NCBI GenBank assembly: GCA_040754915.1
Contig: JBFMCB010000002.1
Location: 1 to 45,838, forward strand
From: Chloroflexota bacterium
Lineage (GTDB): Bacteria; Chloroflexota; DTOL01; JACQYG01
Direction: 5' to 3'
DNA: 45,838 nt
Made by a program: the position numbers and the translations under genes
Shown: piece by piece, positions 42,453-45,838 of the stretch
How the letters are laid out: each line of letters opens with the position of its first letter
How positions within the stretch are numbered: the first letter of the stretch is position 1
Notes under the pieces: generated by a model
The model's database searches: none
Told to the model about the DNA's origin: nothing
What the model saw: the letters and a program-made list of their open reading frames with translations, nothing else

Positions 42453-43632
42453 AATAGACAGCCTCCTTGAACGTGGCCAGGCCGAGACGGTTGATCAGAC
42501 TTCCCAGACGTTCCCCTTTGTTCGCCAACCGGCAGTAGGCAGCCAGGGTCCTCTCGGCCAGATCGACCGCCTGCTCTTCGGAGAGGAACTCGGTGAAAAG
42601 GACGCCGAGCTGAGGCTGGCGGCCCCATTTCCCCCCGACGTAGGCGTTCCAGCCTTCTCGCCTCGCCCGCCAGGAGCCAGTGGGACAATGCATGATGCAG
42701 CGGGCATCGTGGAAGCATCTGCCCCGGTCAATCACCGGCTTCTCATCCACCAACTGAATAGCCTTCCCCGGGCAAAGGTCTACGCAAAGGCCGCAGGCGA
42801 TACATTCATGCCCGTCGGACTCGTCGAAAACCGGCTCCACCGCAGCCATAAAACCCAGGTCGTTCTCCTGGGGTTTGGCGCAGGCGTTGGGGCAGCCGGT
42901 AACCCCCATCTTGAACTTGTGTGGGAGTCCCCGTCGCCCGTAGAGGCGCTCATCGAGCCTTCCGGCGAGGGTATGGGTATCGCCCAGGGCGTGCGAGCAG
43001 ATGGCGGTCCCTTGGCAGGCGGTGACCACCCGCACCCGCGCCCCGCAAGCCCCCAGGCCCAGGCCGACAGTGGCCAGCTCTCCGGTGACGGCATTGAAGT
43101 CGTCCAGACGGATGAAGGGGATCTCGATTCCTTGACGCATGGTGAGGTGGACGTGACCCTTGCCATAGCGCTGGGCTACATCCGCCACCTTCATGAGCTG
43201 CTCGCCGGTGATGTTTCCAACTGGCACCTTCAAGCGCAGGGAGAAGAAGTTGCCCTGTCTCTGCATGATGAAGCCGCCGGCCTTGAGGGCGTTCAGGTCT
43301 ATCGCCTCTCGCTCACGGCCGGCGGGTTCGCCTTCTATAACCAGGCGTTCAGAGCTACCACCGGCAACGGCGGGAATGAAGGCCACCTCGTCGCCATCCC
43401 TGAGGGCGGCAAGGATCCCTGGAGAGATCACCTCCCGGTTAACGAAAATGTTTATATGGCGAAGAACCTCTCCCTTTTCGTTGACCACATGATTCTTGAA
43501 GCCGGGGTAGAGGGCTTCCAGCCCCGCCAGGAGTTCCGCGATGTTGCTGGCCCCCACCTCCACCCTGTCCTTGCCACCGGTGAGGTTGCGCCATGGGCTA
43601 GGAATGTAAACCTTAACGGACATGTGTGTCAT
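42433..43632 (-). CDS. Fusion of a MoaD/ThiS/CysO-like beta-grasp sulfur-carrier domain (ending AVAGG) to a siroheme/[4Fe-4S] sulfite-reductase-like domain with ferredoxin insert
   Basis: Residues about 4 to 92 are VKVYIPSPWRNLTGGKD...GDEVAFIPAVAGG. The reductase part has CQGTAIC...CPNAC (siroheme-cluster Cys pattern) and CIACGLCVDLCP plus CFHDARCIMHCP (ferredoxin-like). The likely start is the second ATG, at 43623. Confidence 0.8.
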   Translation of the reverse strand: MTHMSVKVYIPSPWRNLTGGKDRVEVGASNIAELLAGLEALYPGFKNHVVNEKGEVLRHINIFVNREVISPGILAALRDGDEVAFIPAVAGGSSERLVIEGEPAGREREAIDLNALKAGGFIMQRQGNFFSLRLKVPVGNITGEQLMKVADVAQRYGKGHVHLTMRQGIEIPFIRLDDFNAVTGELATVGLGLGACGARVRVVTACQGTAICSHALGDTHTLAGRLDERLYGRRGLPHKFKMGVTGCPNACAKPQENDLGFMAAVEPVFDESDGHECIACGLCVDLCPGKAIQLVDEKPVIDRGRCFHDARCIMHCPTGSWRARREGWNAYVGGKWGRQPQLGVLFTEFLSEEQAVDLAERTLAAYCRLANKGERLGSLINRLGLATFKEAVYYEQPSP

Positions 43633-43636
43633 CCTC

Positions 43637-44551
43637 TCAGAAGGAAATGGTCAGGTATCGCTCCCCGGTGTCCGGCAGGATGGTGACCACCGTCTTGCCT
43701 GGCCCCAGCCTCCTGGCCACCTGGAGGGCGGCGAAGACGTTAGCCCCCGCGGAGATGCCTACCAGAAGGCCCTCCTCTCGCGCCAGCCTGGCCGCCGTGG
43801 CGTAGGCCTCCTCGTCGGCAACGGCCACGATTTCGTCGATGACCGCACGATTGAGGACGCCGGGGACGAAGCTAGCGCCGATGCCCTGGATGCCGTGCGG
43901 GCCGGCCTTGCCCCCTTGGAGTACAGGGGAACGGGCCGGCTCCACGGCCACGATGAGTACCGAGGGCAGCCGCGCCTTCAACACCTCGCCCACACCGGTA
44001 ATAGTGCCACCGGTGCCCACCCCGGCTACGAAGGCGTCGAGGCGGCCACCGGTGGCCTGCCAGATCTCCTCAGCCGTGGTGCGGCGGTGGACCTCCGGGT
44101 TGGCCGGGTTCAGGAACTGCTGCGGCATGAAGTAGTCCGGGTTCTTTTGCACCAACTCCTCGGCGGCATAGACGGCACCCGACATCACCTCGATGGCGGG
44201 GGTTAGCACCAACTCCGCCCCGAAGCGGGAGAGGAGCTGGCGCCGCTCCAGGCTCACATCCTCAGGCATGGTCACAATCAGGCGGTAGCCCTTCACCGCC
44301 GCCACCATGGCCAGACCGATACCGGTATTGCCGCTCGTTGGTTCCACGATGGTCCCGCCAGGCTTGAGGAACCCCTTCTTTTCCGCATCCTTGATCATGG
44401 CCAGGGCGATCCGATCCTTGACCGAGCCACCAGGGTTACAACTCTCCAGCTTCCCTAGAACGGTGGCTGATCCAGCCCCAGGGAGGCGATTTAGCCGAAT
44501 CAAAGGGGTATCGCCAATGAGCTCCAGGATGCTATTCGCGATCTGTGGCAT
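43637..44551 (-). CDS. cysK: Cysteine synthase (CysK/CysM family, PLP-dependent)
   Basis: Contains [11 protein letters not shown] (PLP Lys) and [10 protein letters not shown]. Start placed at the ATG at 44551. K versus M subtype is not resolved. Confidence 0.9.
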   Translation of the reverse strand: MPQIANSILELIGDTPLIRLNRLPGAGSATVLGKLESCNPGGSVKDRIALAMIKDAEKKGFLKPGGTIVEPTSGNTGIGLAMVAAVKGYRLIVTMPEDVSLERRQLLSRFGAELVLTPAIEVMSGAVYAAEELVQKNPDYFMPQQFLNPANPEVHRRTTAEEIWQATGGRLDAFVAGVGTGGTITGVGEVLKARLPSVLIVAVEPARSPVLQGGKAGPHGIQGIGASFVPGVLNRAVIDEIVAVADEEAYATAARLAREEGLLVGISAGANVFAALQVARRLGPGKTVVTILPDTGERYLTISF

Positions 44552-44597
44552 TGCTATCCTTCTAATGAAAGCCATCCAGTGACGTGCCACACCGCCC

Positions 44598-45695
44598 CTA
44601 AAGTGGGAAGATCACCCCAAAGATGACCGAGGCTACGAGCAGGGCCAGCACCGTGTTGAAGACCGTGGCGATCATGTAGACCCAGAAGGGCGCGCCACCC
44701 ATCTTCTTGAATTCGGAGAAGTTCAACTCCAGGCCGATGCAGACGAAGGCAAAGTTGAAGGCCCAGTTCTTAATATTGGCGATGCCGGCCAAGGCATCGC
44801 TGGAGAAGATGAGGCTCGCCCCCTTGGCATCCACCAGGGAGCCCAAGACGGAGGCGATGATGAAGCCCAACACGAACTTGGGGAAGCGATCCCAGATGAC
44901 CTTGACGCTGGGTCGCTCCGCGCCCTTCTCCACCATGGTGACGAAGTAGAGGGCCAGGATAAAGGCCACCACGCCAATGAGCGCGTTCTGGGACATCTTG
45001 ACGATGGAGGCGATCCCCTGGGCCTTTTGACTATGGATCGTCCCTGCTCCCACCACGGCCGCCGTGGTGTCAATGTTGCCGCCGAACCAGGCGCCAGCGA
45101 CGGTTGGTGTCAAGCCCAAGGCACTGGCCATGGGTGGCATGATGACCATTAGTGGCAGAGCGGTAATGATCACCAAAGCGATGGTATAGGCCAACTCCTC
45201 CTTCTTGGCCAACACCGAGCCCGCCGCGGCGATAGCCGCCGAGACGCCGCAGATAGAGATGGCCGTGCACATGACCGCCTTCAAGGTAGGCGCCAGCCTG
45301 AAGACGCCGGCCAGCCACCAGGTAAATAGGAAGACGCCGGCGATCATGACCAGGGCCTGGATCACACCGCCACCGCCAGCCTTGACCACGGTGTTGATAT
45401 TGATGCCCAGGCCCAGGAGCACCAGGCCAACCTTTAAGATTAGCTCGGTGCGAATGGCCGGCTTGACGAAGTCTTTGGTCTTAGTCATGGTGAGAATGAC
45501 GTTGCCGGCCAAGCCCAGTACCACTGCCCAAAGGGGATACTCCAGCGACTTGGCCAGGTCAGCCCAGAAGCCCTTCGCTGCCTTGCCCTGGGCCACCGCC
45601 CAGGTAGAGCCTTGCCAGCTTAGCCCGGCGAGCACCAGGATGATCACCAATCCTACCAGCACGCCCAGCCAGTTGGTACCCTTTTTGGTCTCCAT
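44598..45695 (-). CDS. YeiH/UPF0324-family membrane transporter (putative sulfate/sulfur-anion exporter family)
   Basis: A protein of about 10 TM helices with [15 protein letters not shown] and [18 protein letters not shown] segments. Start placed at the ATG at 45695, which has an AGGGGGG SD. Confidence 0.7.
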   Translation of the reverse strand: METKKGTNWLGVLVGLVIILVLAGLSWQGSTWAVAQGKAAKGFWADLAKSLEYPLWAVVLGLAGNVILTMTKTKDFVKPAIRTELILKVGLVLLGLGININTVVKAGGGGVIQALVMIAGVFLFTWWLAGVFRLAPTLKAVMCTAISICGVSAAIAAAGSVLAKKEELAYTIALVIITALPLMVIMPPMASALGLTPTVAGAWFGGNIDTTAAVVGAGTIHSQKAQGIASIVKMSQNALIGVVAFILALYFVTMVEKGAERPSVKVIWDRFPKFVLGFIIASVLGSLVDAKGASLIFSSDALAGIANIKNWAFNFAFVCIGLELNFSEFKKMGGAPFWVYMIATVFNTVLALLVASVIFGVIFPL

Positions 45696-45797
45696 AGATA
45701 GTGCCCCCCTTCTAGTGTCGAGTCTCACAAACAAGTTGAATAAGTATTAAGATGATGGTATCATGGGTCTATCCTTTTGATGTCAAGGAGAAAGCCC

Positions 45798-45838
45798 ATG
45801 AAAACCGGACGACCCAAATCACCGATCATCCTTTCCAA
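45798..45838 (+). CDS. 5' end of an ORF running off the window (MKTGRPKSPIILS...)
   Basis: AAGGAGAAAG SD lies 4 nt before the ATG. Only 13 codons are visible. The GRPK start is reminiscent of HTH or transposase N-termini but cannot be assigned. Confidence 0.3.
   Translation, partial: MKTGRPKSPIILS

Noticed and set aside
42277-43686. 469 aa plus-strand ORF antisense to the TusA-like and carrier-reductase genes
   Set aside because: No motifs and an Arg/Gly/Pro/Ala-rich composition. The minus strand has strong, motif-bearing genes with good SD sequences.
1-45838. tRNA, rRNA, prophage, integron or transposon content
   Set aside because: The intergenic regions were read for T-loop-like GGTTCGA motifs, integrase or transposase ORFs and long terminal inverted repeats, and none were found. 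The only faint hint is the 13-codon partial ORF at 45798 (MKTGRPK...), which is too short to call.

Overview
A 45.8 kb GC-rich bacterial chromosomal segment. PT-rich linkers, LGFP-like ectodomains and the comEA/comEC/holA genes suggest a Chloroflexota-like organism, but this is a low-confidence inference. I support about 45 protein genes and found no rRNA, tRNA, CRISPR array or clear mobile element.

Gene content, left to right:
- Truncated ZAS anti-sigma factor.
- Minus-strand Moco operon (small duplicated Cys protein, moaA, moaC) behind a roughly 260 nt structured leader.
- AmmeMemoRadiSam trio.
- Thiolase / DUF35 / MaoC / acyl-CoA dehydrogenase operon.
- Coiled-coil protein, three tandem Wzz-like modulators and a BY-kinase.
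- CDF transporter with three C-terminal domains.
- comEA, Mth938-like gene, Ser/Thr kinase and comEC.
- GAF-GGDEF cyclase.
- ECF sigma / anti-sigma pair.
- holA, secD, dihydropyrimidinase, ubiX-lpdD.
- Metal-themed block: two DUF2933-like paralogs bracketing a spermidine-synthase-like membrane protein and a DUF2085-like protein, an OmpR/HK pair, and a MacB-like ABC system whose ATPase carries a YHS domain.
- Sulfite-to-cysteine module: YeiH-like transporter, cysteine synthase, CysO-like::sulfite-reductase fusion, TusA-like protein, SirC, CobA-HemD.

Most interesting observations:
1. An AT-rich 20 bp palindrome family (consensus TTTCTTTACTAGTAAAGAAA) has at least 9 copies. Seven lie within 8 kb, including copies inside three unrelated ORFs.
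2. A sulfur-carrier (Gly-Gly) domain is fused in frame to a siroheme sulfite reductase, next to a cysteine synthase.
3. Phased TTAAC-type direct repeats precede two operons that flank the two-component system.
4. The ABC ATPase has a YHS fusion and a Walker B Glu-to-Lys change.

All calls come from reading the translated ORFs and the DNA by eye. No searches were run.
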